Virus record (IMG/VR): IMGVR_UViG_3300039208_000529
Span: 1 to 48,442 of that record
Strand: one strand, 5' to 3'
Length of the DNA stretch: 48,442 nucleotides
From: a virus
Lineage: Duplodnaviria > Heunggongvirae > Uroviricota > Caudoviricetes
Shown: positions 7,569 through 16,794 of the stretch, piece after piece
Layout: each line of letters starts with the position of its first letter
How positions within the stretch are numbered: position 1 is the stretch's first letter
Program-made: the position numbers and the translations under genes
Notes under the pieces: generated by a model
Told to the model about the DNA's origin: nothing
Databases searched by the model: none
What the model saw: the letters and a program-made list of their open reading frames with translations, nothing else

Positions 7569-7596
7569 TTGACAGAATCCAAGTAACGGGTATACT
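7569..7596 (+). promoter_or_regulatory. sigma70-type promoter, 16-bp spacer, probably leaderless
   Basis: TTGACA-N16-TATACT; ATG 5 nt after the -10. Confidence 0.85.
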
Positions 7597-7601
7597 GGAG
7601 C

Positions 7602-7760
7602 ATGAAAGAGGAAACCGAATTCGGGCCCGCCTACTGGCCCTCCCTACTACTGGAAGAGATCAAGACGGCCCGCGAGGAAGCAGCCGAACGGCACCGGGAG
7701 CTTATGGAGGATCTCCGAAGCTTCGGATACTTCAGGGGCGAGGAATACTACAATGCCTAA
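7602..7760 (+). CDS. Small hypothetical protein (52 aa)
   Basis: Starts at the predicted TSS; overlaps the next ORF. Confidence 0.55.
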   Translation: MKEETEFGPAYWPSLLLEEIKTAREEAAERHRELMEDLRSFGYFRGEEYYNA

Positions 7761-8082
7761 ATTTCGCATCAAGCGGAGAGATGAAAATAACTGGGTCATT
7801 GAGAGATGGCAAAGCGGGGGCATCATTTCTCGGGGCCGCTACGCTGGCCAGCAAAAAAAGGAAAAATGGGACGAAATCAACCCGGTAGGGTACTTCCCAT
7901 CCCTGGCCCATGCCGCCCGCCGGTTGCTAGATGAGGAACTAGCAGCCGAATGGCCGGAAGAGGGCTGGACCGGTGCCGATCTCCTGGAGGCCCTCAAGGC
8001 GGCCGAAGCCCGAGTCCTGGAAGCCGTGAAAGCCGTTCCGGCAGTCGCAATTTACACCGAGGAAGGTCGAAAAGACCTCTAG
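7753..8082 (+). CDS. Hypothetical protein
   Basis: 109-aa ORF; GYFPSL motif seen in small phage proteins. Confidence 0.7.
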   Translation: MPKFRIKRRDENNWVIERWQSGGIISRGRYAGQQKKEKWDEINPVGYFPSLAHAARRLLDEELAAEWPEEGWTGADLLEALKAAEARVLEAVKAVPAVAIYTEEGRKDL

Positions 8083-8115
8083 TCTTGCTGGCGGATTGTC
8101 GATAATCATAGTACC

Positions 8116-8250
8116 ATGAAAGAAACAATCCAAACGCTCACCTACCATGCCCGTCAAAACGCTTTCGCCCTGTTCCTCGTGGGATTCGTCGGGGCAGTCG
8201 GTTTCGGACTCTTCGCTCTTTTCAACATGTTGCAAAGCTTCCAGGGGTAA
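8116..8250 (+). CDS. Small membrane peptide (44 aa)
   Basis: AFALFLVGFVGAVGFGLFALF hydrophobic segment. Confidence 0.5.
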   Translation: MKETIQTLTYHARQNAFALFLVGFVGAVGFGLFALFNMLQSFQG

Positions 8251-8252
8251 CA

Positions 8253-8480
8253 ATGGAAACGGAAGAGCCGGCCGAATCCGGCCGCGTCAGTCTCCAAGAA
8301 TTCGCTAAGGTCTTAGGAAAAATCGCGAAGGAGCTAAAGGCAATTCGCACCAAGGGAACCACCAAAAAACAAGCGGTCGAGCATTTGATGCGAGCGGCCG
8401 ACTATTTCGAGCCTGGCGGGGAAATCCGTACCGCCCTAGAAAAGGAAGCCTCCCAATGGAGAGATGGACTCCCGAGCTAG
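8253..8480 (+). CDS. Hypothetical protein
   Basis: Packed ORF. Confidence 0.6.
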   Translation: METEEPAESGRVSLQEFAKVLGKIAKELKAIRTKGTTKKQAVEHLMRAADYFEPGGEIRTALEKEASQWRDGLPS

Positions 8481-9001
8481 AGACTAAGGTCCGCACGGGT
8501 ACGGACGCTAGAAAGGGTTCCTCCTGCTACTTCGTACCGGTCTCCGAAACCATGGGGCTCAAGCTCTACGCTACCGCCCAAGAACGGGACGCATCATACG
8601 TAGCCCAATCCATCGTAGCGGAGCACGGTTTGGCCCCGGACGTAGGAGAATGCGTAGACCTCAAGGGCTTGCAGATTCCCTCCGGTTCGGCCCCGAATTG
8701 GTGGCATCCAAGGTACAAAGAGAAAACCCCACTAGTCATGTATGGGTTTCTCACGGAAAAAGTAAAGACGAATCCAGGCTACAATCCTTCAGCGGAAATC
8801 GATTTGAGAGATAGCCTAACGGCAATCCTCGACCTACCTTGGAATTTCTGCGATCTCTACGGAGATAACATAGGGGAGAAAAACGGCCGCCCGGTTTGCG
8901 TCGATCTCGATCCGCGATTCTGCGATCTCTTGAGCGACGCGGACTATGAGGTAATCGAACCCTTCTACGAATATCAGTATAGGATGGACGCGGGGCTATG
9001 A
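8456..9001 (+). CDS. Protein-kinase-like (PKL fold) protein
   Basis: GSSCYF Gly-loop-like segment, GLKLY (catalytic Lys), DLYGDNIG catalytic loop (DLxxxN), VCVDLD (DFG equivalent). Confidence 0.65.
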   Translation: MERWTPELETKVRTGTDARKGSSCYFVPVSETMGLKLYATAQERDASYVAQSIVAEHGLAPDVGECVDLKGLQIPSGSAPNWWHPRYKEKTPLVMYGFLTEKVKTNPGYNPSAEIDLRDSLTAILDLPWNFCDLYGDNIGEKNGRPVCVDLDPRFCDLLSDADYEVIEPFYEYQYRMDAGL

Positions 9002-9363
9002 CCTACACACGTAAACAGTATTTGGCTGGAGAATGCTCCCATCGGGAATACTACAGCCAATTCGTAGCAGAGGAAGTAAAGAACCGCGTACATACGTACA
9101 TCGGAGTAAGCCGCCTATTGGCGTCCACCGATAAGCACTTGAACGATATTCCCTTGAATTTATGGGATCGTCTCGGTGCCGTGGGATCTAAGGCTCGATG
9201 GGACGCGGCGGGGGACTACCCCACGGCCGCCGGTCGAGTCTGTATCTATAAGGAAGCAGCCCGGCAAATCGTCGAGGAAAACCGTAATTCCCTATTGCTC
9301 GCCCGCCCGTATGCCGATACACTAGTAGGCAGGGGCGAGAGCCCCACGGAACAAAGGGACTAA
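8998..9363 (+). CDS. Hypothetical protein
   Basis: ATGA overlap; HREYYSQFV...LNDIPLxxWD. Confidence 0.7.
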   Translation: MTYTRKQYLAGECSHREYYSQFVAEEVKNRVHTYIGVSRLLASTDKHLNDIPLNLWDRLGAVGSKARWDAAGDYPTAAGRVCIYKEAARQIVEENRNSLLLARPYADTLVGRGESPTEQRD

Positions 9364-9366
9364 CCA

Positions 9367-9594
9367 ATGAACGCAAGAATTCTAGTCAAGGGCTCGGCCT
9401 TGGATGCGGTAGCGGCTTGTATGTCGCGAGGTATCCACGCCGACCATATCAAGGAAGAGCGAGAGTCCGAAACGCTCTTGGATGTTACAGGCCCTGCGAG
9501 TACCATTGTCCGATGGTATTTGAAGGATACGATTCCCGCTCCTGAAGGAGGCTACCCGATCGGTACACTACTGTTCTATCGCGACCGAAACTAG
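9367..9594 (+). CDS. Hypothetical protein
   Basis: Last ORF of the + strand early block. Confidence 0.65.
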   Translation: MNARILVKGSALDAVAACMSRGIHADHIKEERESETLLDVTGPASTIVRWYLKDTIPAPEGGYPIGTLLFYRDRN

Positions 9595-9690
9595 GGGGGC
9601 GGGGTTTTTTCATTCTGCCGTTTTGGCAGGGTGGAATGCCCCCCGGCGGGTACCTCAAAATCACCGCAACCCCATTTATTGTCAAAGAGC
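9594..9690. other. GC-rich structured junction between convergent gene blocks
   Basis: GGGGGC...GCCCCC flanking CATTCTGCC-GTTTT-GGCAGGGTG; strand and composition change here. Confidence 0.5.
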
Positions 9691-9920
9691 TACTCAGATA
9701 TTTGTCTGTTCGGCAGAGGCTGTGGTCTGTAATTTAACTTCACCCAAAAGTATTCATTCCACAAAGAAGAATACATATACTCCTCTTCAACAATTCCTCT
9801 TTCAAAACATCGAGTAGTTCCATCACTAAACCGTCTCGGCCACCAATAGAACCTTACTTTGGTTCGTCTAGTTCCAACTAATTCTTTTTTATTATCTCTT
9901 AAAATCATTGCAACAGCCAA
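9690..9920 (-). CDS. Hypothetical protein (probable paralog of 10248-10475)
   Basis: GTRRTKVRFYWWP vs GSKRVTKEFAWLP. Confidence 0.6.
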   Translation of the reverse strand: MAVAMILRDNKKELVGTRRTKVRFYWWPRRFSDGTTRCFERGIVEEEYMYSSLWNEYFWVKLNYRPQPLPNRQISE

Positions 9921-10270
9921 ATTCCCTCGTTAATAAACGATTCAACTTCATCTAAGGTCCATCTTGCCCAGCGTTTTACTCCTGTATCTACATGAGTATA
10001 TTCTGCTGTTCGTTTTTCTCCGTTCCAAAAGATGCGATACAACCCGCAATCAGACATAAAACAAAGATTGTTGGTTAACTTCGCGTCCAACGGGATTATT
10101 GGGGGAGCCCAATCAAGACACGGCTTCAGCTGCATAGCCGGCGAGGGCGAGGGTGGTGCTGGCGGCTCAACCGGAGCCGCAGGCTCCGCATAAGTGTTTA
10201 TAACTTCGTCGAGCGAAGATCGACGAGGGAACTTTCGGCATTTCCACCTATGTATTAGCTTCCCGATCAA
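9905..10270 (-). CDS. Hypothetical protein with Pro-rich linker
   Basis: Packed minus-strand ORF. Confidence 0.6.
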   Translation of the reverse strand: MIGKLIHRWKCRKFPRRSSLDEVINTYAEPAAPVEPPAPPSPSPAMQLKPCLDWAPPIIPLDAKLTNNLCFMSDCGLYRIFWNGEKRTAEYTHVDTGVKRWARWTLDEVESFINEGIWLLQ

Positions 10271-10475
10271 TTACTGTCTTCTTTTGTATTTTCCAACAAT
10301 TAAACGGATAGATGTTTTGAACATTGCGGCCATATACTTCGTGTAAGTGGTAGTGTTCCAGCCACACAATATAATCTTCGCAAAAAACAGGTAACCAAGC
10401 AAATTCCTTCGTAACTCGCTTAGAGCCTAAATCAGGAAGTTCTTCTTGTTCCTTTTCTGGCCAGTGTAGTCTCAT
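10248..10475 (-). CDS. Hypothetical protein (FAWLP-type small phage protein)
   Basis: FAWLPV...VWLE. Confidence 0.6.
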   Translation of the reverse strand: MRLHWPEKEQEELPDLGSKRVTKEFAWLPVFCEDYIVWLEHYHLHEVYGRNVQNIYPFNCWKIQKKTVIDREANT

Positions 10476-10878
10476 GCTTTTCTAATTCCTTTTGAAGCTT
10501 TTTAATTTTTGCCAAACGTTTTGCTTCTGCGTTGGCTTCCCGCCGTGCAATCTCTTCGTCAATTGCCTTCTTATTGTTTTTATACCACTCGGCATACTCT
10601 TTTAGCTTTCTCTTATAGGAGGCTAGCCTCCTATTGTACTCTTCCTCGGTTTCGTCACGATAGCCAAATATCTCGAAGCTGTCAATGCCCTCATAATAAT
10701 GATGATCGGCCTCAAGATAGATACCATGGCAACCATCTTTGTTCCTATACGATTCTAACTGCGTTATAACATCATCTAACGCACCTTCTAAATCGTATGG
10801 ACTTACACAACCCAACCTTACCTTCATGCCTTTACGGCGTTTAGGTTTTATAGGTTTTTTACGTAACCTCATAGCCAA
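10432..10878 (-). CDS. Hypothetical coiled-coil protein
   Basis: YRDETEEEYNRRL followed by a charged helix. Confidence 0.7.
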   Translation of the reverse strand: MAMRLRKKPIKPKRRKGMKVRLGCVSPYDLEGALDDVITQLESYRNKDGCHGIYLEADHHYYEGIDSFEIFGYRDETEEEYNRRLASYKRKLKEYAEWYKNNKKAIDEEIARREANAEAKRLAKIKKLQKELEKHETTLARKGTRRTS

Positions 10879-11372
10879 GACTCACTCCAAGTTTCACACG
10901 AGTACATAGCTGGTGCTCCGTGGCCACGGAGCACCAAAAAGAATCCATTGTCGGCTACTCCAACCGGCCAGTCAAGAACTATCAATCTGCCTGGTACGCC
11001 GACAAAGTGACCTTGTAATAGGAATGTATCAGGGTCCTGCACCGTGTTCGTATAGATCCATGCCTCCATGGTGACGGTTGGTTTAGCTGGCGTTTCTACC
11101 ACAAATGACACCGTTTGCGAGGCTGGCGTGAAAAACCACCACCAATCGCTGTTGCCGTTCGAGTTTTCGCGGCCACACACAGTAATGAAGTCGCCCGGCA
11201 ATAAAGTGCCAGCAAAATCTGCCTCGACAGCAACGTCGTTAGGTTCGGTTTCACCCACATCGCATTCTGCCAACGGACCCCCTCGTCCTGCCGAATGTCC
11301 TTTTTCGTCGCTGTTGCAGGCAGCAACCAAGATTAATGCTAGTATGCTGAAAATAAAGCTTTTCACGACCAA
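10869..11372 (-). CDS. Lipoprotein with PPC-like beta domain
   Basis: LVAA-C lipobox; ETEPND motif and DWW characteristic of pre-peptidase C-terminal domains. Confidence 0.65.
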   Translation of the reverse strand: MVVKSFIFSILALILVAACNSDEKGHSAGRGGPLAECDVGETEPNDVAVEADFAGTLLPGDFITVCGRENSNGNSDWWWFFTPASQTVSFVVETPAKPTVTMEAWIYTNTVQDPDTFLLQGHFVGVPGRLIVLDWPVGVADNGFFLVLRGHGAPAMYSCETWSESWL

Positions 11373-11626
11373 TCCTCCGGCGGCAAATTCATTGCACGAT
11401 ATTCGTTTATCTGATCATCAATATCCATTGACATGTTGTATACTTCGTCATAGCGATTTCCGGTGCGAAGTAAATCATCAATCTTGTAGCGGCATTCATC
11501 GCCACTTTCGCAGTAAATGGGAAAGTTATCATAGTCGAATGGATCGAGCCCAATAATCAGATATGCCGACCCACGTTCTTTGGCTTCATCAATCCAGTGC
11601 AAAATGTCATTTTTTGATGCTGTCAT
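11363..11626 (-). CDS. Hypothetical protein
   Basis: DPFDYDNFPIY...EVYN..DIDDQINE. Confidence 0.7.
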   Translation of the reverse strand: MTASKNDILHWIDEAKERGSAYLIIGLDPFDYDNFPIYCESGDECRYKIDDLLRTGNRYDEVYNMSMDIDDQINEYRAMNLPPEDWS

Positions 11627-11916
11627 TGTGTTATTTCCAGTTTTATAACCTTGTTATTATTTAGAACAATTTTAATTCGATAGTAGTAGATGTTTTTAAT
11701 ATCGTTTTGCTCGTCTTTAGAGATAGTAACCGACACTGGTTCGCCAAGTAAAGCTACAACCTCGTCATAATCTGTTCCTATTTCAATACTCTCTGCTATG
11801 GGCAGTAACTTATTTGGGCTATTCTCAATAAGTCTCGTAATACCAACAACCGTGACTACAGCAATAAGAATCATTGCTGTAATTGTTGCAAATAGTTCAT
11901 CCTGCCAACTTTTCAT
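11623..11916 (-). CDS. Membrane-anchored protein with SmpA/BamE-like domain
   Basis: N-terminal TM helix; IEIGTDYDEVVALLGEP motif. Confidence 0.55.
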   Translation of the reverse strand: MKSWQDELFATITAMILIAVVTVVGITRLIENSPNKLLPIAESIEIGTDYDEVVALLGEPVSVTISKDEQNDIKNIYYYRIKIVLNNNKVIKLEITQ

Positions 11917-12443
11917 TTGACTTCCGTAATATACTTAGTTTTAAAGAAATTTCTTGAAAACCAGCCTTGGTCTGGATCTGGTATTAATCTTGCCGTAGCT
12001 TTAATAACATTTCCTCCGTCAATTGTTTCACCACAGTTTATGCATACTTCGCAGTAACCCGGCATTCTAACATAACTATCTGAACAACGTCCACATTCTG
12101 AACAAAAGTATCCTTCGACCCAGTTGCCGTATACTGCAACACTGTCTGTATCAAGTTTTAATTCTACTCCTGAGTAGAACTTGGCCTCTTTGTTTGAAGC
12201 GTCATGCGAATATTCAAAGTATTCCTCAATAACAAACTCGTCTTTGTCGTGCAGAAATTGCTTGAAATATTCATCCTTCTTTAAGAAGCTAATTAGTTCT
12301 TTTATTGCAATTTCTTTGCTACAAGCACTATGTACCCTAGGGGGCATAACTGACTTATTCTTTAACCATTCAGCTTCGGCACTATATCGACCCTCAGCAT
12401 TTAGAGTTACTTTTATAAACCTCTCACTCATAATTTTCATCAA
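11913..12443 (-). CDS. Hypothetical protein with CxxC zinc finger
   Basis: CSECG...CINCG. Confidence 0.65.
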   Translation of the reverse strand: MMKIMSERFIKVTLNAEGRYSAEAEWLKNKSVMPPRVHSACSKEIAIKELISFLKKDEYFKQFLHDKDEFVIEEYFEYSHDASNKEAKFYSGVELKLDTDSVAVYGNWVEGYFCSECGRCSDSYVRMPGYCEVCINCGETIDGGNVIKATARLIPDPDQGWFSRNFFKTKYITEVK

Positions 12444-12618
12444 TCATGTCGAGTATTCGATTAATCGTATCTTCAGAATTGAGCGACGGGTATTGGCCCC
12501 GAACCGTTCGACGAGCCTTGATTAAAACTTGCAACAGTAAATCTTCGTCCATTCCAGGATAAATCCAAATTTTGGACCCATCCGGCTCATTCCATACCAA
12601 AGCCCGTTCTTGTTCCAT
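12424..12618 (-). CDS. Hypothetical protein (start uncertain)
   Basis: ORF 12424-12711; later ATG chosen to limit overlap with the ATPase. Confidence 0.45.
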   Translation of the reverse strand: MEQERALVWNEPDGSKIWIYPGMDEDLLLQVLIKARRTVRGQYPSLNSEDTINRILDMIDENYE

Positions 12619-13702
12619 TCGCAACGACACCAATTCCTTCCTGAGCAAGCTTTTGCTCAATACTGTACTTTCTAGAACCGCTTCTAACATAGGTACGCTC
12701 AAGCTTCTCATTATGGAGTCGACGATAATCAGACATTATGGCCGCTTGCGTTACCTTGTCTGATCCATTATACAGCTCGTCGAAGATGTCGCCAGACATT
12801 TCTAAGATTTCTGTCCAAACCTTGCGTCCTTGCTCAAAGGTCATGGGCTGTAAAACAAGGAAATCGAAACAACGTCCTGGCCGAACTAAGGCAGAGTCCA
12901 TCTTGCTGATAGGCTGATTTGTCGTGATAACGATTTTAGAACGACGATTGAAAATGCCATCACTATATGACAGAAGATTTGTTACAAAACCTTTGTCGCC
13001 CTCTGATCGTGGCTTAAGTGCAAAATCTAGGTCGTCGAAGATCATCAAGTCAAAGTTATTTTCAGCGATGGAAGACCAAAACTCTCCGTTGCACATTACT
13101 TCCATATCCTTGATATAGGCAACAGACTTGTATTGACCTTGCTTTAAAAGCAACTTCAAAAAGGTTGTTTTTCCAACACCAGGATCCCCATATAAAACAA
13201 GAATACTTTCGTCGGCTTCATCAAAGGCTTCACAGAGCTTATTTGGATCAACATCAGGATAAAACTCAGGATAGATTCTAGAAACATCATTTGGGTTAAT
13301 GGTGATATATCTGTAGCAAATCTCTCCCTTAGTAAGATAGTAATAATATACTGAGATAGAACCTTTGTCTTTTGTAACAAAGAATGACTCAAATCTAGTT
13401 AAGATATCCTGAACAACCTCATAACTTGTGGCAGCAATTGTTACCTCATTCCTGTTAATGGACATACCAAAAGTTTTAGACTCAATTACAATTTGCGGAG
13501 TATGCTTCCGGTAATCAAAAACTTTTACATCTTCAAATTGTAGTTTTAGTGCGGCAATAAAGTCATCCTGATCATCTTCATCCATTTTTAGATGATCACG
13601 ACAGCCAGTCATTCCCTTGCCAATGAAGTAATTCATCAGCATGCGTTTGTCAAAAAGAGTGCCGGGAGCTGCACCAAGCTCGAAAATAAAGTTATTGCTC
13701 AT
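12587..13702 (-). CDS. AAA+ ATPase
   Basis: Walker A GDPGVGKT, Walker B LMIFDD, sensor TTN, DSALVRPGRCFD arginine finger; start at the ATGA overlap. Confidence 0.9.
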   Translation of the reverse strand: MSNNFIFELGAAPGTLFDKRMLMNYFIGKGMTGCRDHLKMDEDDQDDFIAALKLQFEDVKVFDYRKHTPQIVIESKTFGMSINRNEVTIAATSYEVVQDILTRFESFFVTKDKGSISVYYYYLTKGEICYRYITINPNDVSRIYPEFYPDVDPNKLCEAFDEADESILVLYGDPGVGKTTFLKLLLKQGQYKSVAYIKDMEVMCNGEFWSSIAENNFDLMIFDDLDFALKPRSEGDKGFVTNLLSYSDGIFNRRSKIVITTNQPISKMDSALVRPGRCFDFLVLQPMTFEQGRKVWTEILEMSGDIFDELYNGSDKVTQAAIMSDYRRLHNEKLERTYVRSGSRKYSIEQKLAQEGIGVVANGTRTGFGME

Positions 13703-13911
13703 GATTCTATGATAAAGTCGCTTTGATTTGTAATATCTAGTGGTTTGGCAAAACCACACTCTACACACAACAGCACTGGAGCTACACATCCAATTACTGT
13801 TAAACCTTCTTCAAAATTTTGATGAGGACATGCGTCCTGAATTCCTTTTATCTCTTCCGTTAACTTTTGTATTTCAAGATCTATCTCTTGAATTCTTTTA
13901 TTCCGTACCAT
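13699..13911 (-). CDS. Small zinc-binding hypothetical protein
   Basis: CPH...CVECG. Confidence 0.65.
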   Translation of the reverse strand: MVRNKRIQEIDLEIQKLTEEIKGIQDACPHQNFEEGLTVIGCVAPVLLCVECGFAKPLDITNQSDFIIES

Positions 13912-14863
13912 CTCTCATTAAACTCACTATTTCATCAGAGATGTGGTCCATCACAGTTTGTGCTAACCACTCATCCCAAAATTTATAATCTACTTTCTCT
14001 GGTAGATCACTCTTATCTATAAGATATTCGATTTGCCGTAAGTCTTCGTCTAAAATTTCTTCAACTTCTTCGAGAGACATTTCGCCACGTTTGATTGGCA
14101 GAAGAAGCCACTTAGAATCTTTTAGTGGGAACTCAATATGCTTAAACATCAATAACTCAATTAATTCCCGCGAAACCCGGACAGCATGACTCATGGCTTT
14201 CCAATCAACTCCTAGAGCATCAGCAGCTTCACTGGCACGTCGGCCATACCTTTTGATTAAGCGGTCCACCGCAAAATATACTGACAGGATTGTGGTTGTT
14301 GCTCCAAACCATTTCCCAGAAATTTGTAGCTCTTTGATACCGTTAGCGTTTACACGCTCACTGTCGCGAGGCAATTCGTCCCATACCCGCTCTAATCGAG
14401 TTTCAGTTGGGTTTTGTATCTTACCGAGGACATTTTGAAATTTTCTCAGCTTTTCAAGCCTTTTTCCCTTCATAGAATATTTTGCAGCTTGACCACGAGC
14501 ATAACCAACAAAGGCATGCATATTCTTTGAAAGGAAGTTTTCACGTTTAGATTGTAAGTCTTCCCATATTTCAGACGACTGTCGGATAAATCTAGGTGGA
14601 GCCCACAACATATCAATAGCCACAGTTTGGCCCTGTTGAGCTAACTTTAAAAAGTGATGTAAAGAGTAAAACTCGGCGTCCAATTCCCCAGGTTTATTTT
14701 TTCTATCCTGTGAATTTCGGATTGAGTGCGATGTTTTCGGAATTCTGCCAAGCAATATGTCGGAAAAATCCGGCATAAATATACCCTTTACATCATCGTC
14801 AGATGTTTCGGTGTTCGTTCCATAAAGGTGCGACCCGAAAGTTAGTTCAACTATTTTTTTCAT
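13898..14863 (-). CDS. Predicted nucleotidyltransferase (DNA pol-beta superfamily, phage type)
   Basis: GSHLYGTNTETSDDDVKGIF (GS + DxD); DWKAMSHAVR. Confidence 0.85.
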   Translation of the reverse strand: MKKIVELTFGSHLYGTNTETSDDDVKGIFMPDFSDILLGRIPKTSHSIRNSQDRKNKPGELDAEFYSLHHFLKLAQQGQTVAIDMLWAPPRFIRQSSEIWEDLQSKRENFLSKNMHAFVGYARGQAAKYSMKGKRLEKLRKFQNVLGKIQNPTETRLERVWDELPRDSERVNANGIKELQISGKWFGATTTILSVYFAVDRLIKRYGRRASEAADALGVDWKAMSHAVRVSRELIELLMFKHIEFPLKDSKWLLLPIKRGEMSLEEVEEILDEDLRQIEYLIDKSDLPEKVDYKFWDEWLAQTVMDHISDEIVSLMRDGTE

Positions 14864-15152
14864 TTAACTTCTTGACTTCGTTTTCTATTTCTAGCTTGCT
14901 TGTCGATACGTATTCGTCATCTACAATAGAAGTCTTGCTTTTTAAGTGTTTGTTCCAGCATAGATATTCAATACATACATTATCTGTCTCATCTAAAAGA
15001 ATCAATATGTCTGTTACTTTTACTGGACCGACAACACCATATTTTTCCTGATAATTACTATACTTTACATAGTATAGCTCATCACCAATATCAAACGTTG
15101 TTGTCAGACTTATCTTCATGCAGCTCGAATCTAAATCCGTAGAATTCTTCAA
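14847..15152 (-). CDS. Hypothetical protein
   Basis: TTFDIGDELYYV; start may be later. Confidence 0.6.
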   Translation of the reverse strand: MKNSTDLDSSCMKISLTTTFDIGDELYYVKYSNYQEKYGVVGPVKVTDILILLDETDNVCIEYLCWNKHLKSKTSIVDDEYVSTSKLEIENEVKKLNEKNS

Positions 15153-15348
15153 GAAACTTAACGCAAGCGATAAAGTGCGGCATAGCGGAGGATTTCCCGG
15201 CCCTAACTAGCCGGGCATTGCACTCCATTATAGCAATAATGGCCGGAATGGCTCTTTCGATATGATCCTTTTCTGACCTGTCTTGAAAAGGTACAAAATT
15301 TATATCATCAAAAACTATTTCCAGCGGCTTGCTGTCGGGGTTTTTCAT
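15091..15348 (-). CDS. Hypothetical protein
   Basis: ATGA overlap at 15348. Confidence 0.55.
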   Translation of the reverse strand: MKNPDSKPLEIVFDDINFVPFQDRSEKDHIERAIPAIIAIMECNARLVRAGKSSAMPHFIACVKFLEEFYGFRFELHEDKSDNNV

Positions 15349-15746
15349 TTCTTCTTCTTTTTCTTCTTCTTCGGCTTCTTCTTGCAACGCTCCCACTTAT
15401 CTGTTTCTTCGTTCTTCTTGTACAGTATACCATCTCTGCCGCGATATGTCCCGCCAGAAGTTCTATTTCCATTGTCGTCTCTACCGGCTGTCGTAATTCC
15501 TCTGTTTCCACCGAATGAATCTACCTCTCCAGCATTAACGCCAGTAGGAGTAGAGCTGTCGTCTGCTGCGTCGCCGCCTTTATCTGAGACAGTAGTGGTA
15601 TAATTTCCAGACAATGGTGCTGGGGCAGTAATTTCTACAGTGACCGTTCCTCCATCAGGAGTTGTATATTCACCAGATGTAATCTGTCCAATTCCTACGT
15701 TACAAAAAATTGCAAATACGAGTGCAGCGAGTATTGATTTATTCAT
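15345..15746 (-). CDS. Secreted protein with poly-Lys C-terminus
   Basis: Signal peptide MNKSILAALVFAIFC; T/G/D-rich body; KKKPKKKKKKKK tail. Confidence 0.7.
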   Translation of the reverse strand: MNKSILAALVFAIFCNVGIGQITSGEYTTPDGGTVTVEITAPAPLSGNYTTTVSDKGGDAADDSSTPTGVNAGEVDSFGGNRGITTAGRDDNGNRTSGGTYRGRDGILYKKNEETDKWERCKKKPKKKKKKKK

Positions 15747-16437
15747 TTTGTTCCTTTATGTGCTGTTGCACGGCAAAAAGAAGTGCGAAATTGGGATCAT
15801 TATCCCAAATTAATGCAGCAATATGGTTTAACATGCCTTTGTTGAGTTCGGCAACGTAGTCAATATCCCCCTGATATTGAATTGCTGCTGTCCAAGTAGA
15901 GATCTCGATAATCTCCATATGTCTCTCATAGAGAGATTGAACATTATTTGATTCCCATATCTTTTTTAAGTCCGCCTCAAAATTAACATCACTAGGAAAA
16001 GATAAAACTGCACCTACCTTAAGATTGCTATCCGCCTCTTCTAAAGCTATGCGAAGATGTGCCCATGGTCTCCAATCAAATTCTTGAGTCATATGTAAAA
16101 AATTCTTTACATTTATGTTCCATAACAAACGTATACTTTTTGCGTACCGCTCAGTGAAATTTTCCCATGTAGGATAACATGTTGCAGGATATATGTCAGA
16201 ATCAAATAATCCTACAGGGGTCAAGATAGAAACCGCTGTTATTGATTCCTCTTCTTCAATGACCGGGACAACTTCGCGTTCGTATTTTGGAATAAAGTCA
16301 TTGTTGACCGCAATTGGAGTCGAATCTTTAGATTCGGCCTCCGGTGCTACAGCAACGTCATTGTTTGATGTCATAGACATAATAATTAGAAATGCCCATA
16401 AACAACAAAATGCCGTAGCTATATATACTGTCTTCAT
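15739..16437 (-). CDS. Membrane-anchored hypothetical protein
   Basis: N-terminal TM helix. Confidence 0.7.
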   Translation of the reverse strand: MKTVYIATAFCCLWAFLIIMSMTSNNDVAVAPEAESKDSTPIAVNNDFIPKYEREVVPVIEEEESITAVSILTPVGLFDSDIYPATCYPTWENFTERYAKSIRLLWNINVKNFLHMTQEFDWRPWAHLRIALEEADSNLKVGAVLSFPSDVNFEADLKKIWESNNVQSLYERHMEIIEISTWTAAIQYQGDIDYVAELNKGMLNHIAALIWDNDPNFALLFAVQQHIKEQNE

Positions 16438-16793
16438 TAGAAAGGGGGAGTTCCTTCACGCATAAGATCTTCAAGACATTTTTCACTATCAACTATCTTT
16501 ACTTCTGCGTCTGGGCCAAACGAAGCTCCAAGACAAAAATGTTGCCAATTTATATACATAGAATTAAATCCAGTTGAATCATCATTTATCTTAACAAAAT
16601 TAGATCCATCATAATGAAACATTTGACCTATCTTAAGATCTTCAAATTGTTTGATTCTATTTAGAACATTACTTGCTTTTTCAGCTTCATCAATAACATT
16701 ATTCTTCCATTTGTAGGAATCTTGATAATCTAGATCGATAGCCTCAAGTAAACCGTTAAGTGCATTGCACAGTTCTGCTTCTCTGTCGTTCAC
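16437..16793 (-). CDS. Hypothetical protein
   Basis: Packed ORF; FEDLKIGQMF. Confidence 0.65.
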   Translation of the reverse strand: MNDREAELCNALNGLLEAIDLDYQDSYKWKNNVIDEAEKASNVLNRIKQFEDLKIGQMFHYDGSNFVKINDDSTGFNSMYINWQHFCLGASFGPDAEVKIVDSEKCLEDLMREGTPPF

Positions 16794-16794
16794 T

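Noticed and set aside
12424-12711. Long overlap or UGA read-through at the end of the AAA ATPase
   Set aside because: A later start for the downstream ORF removes most of the overlap; no Cys-type context or SECIS-like hairpin follows that TGA
15283-15603. + strand ORF with a poly-Phe run
   Set aside because: Antisense shadow of the poly-Lys tail of 15345-15746
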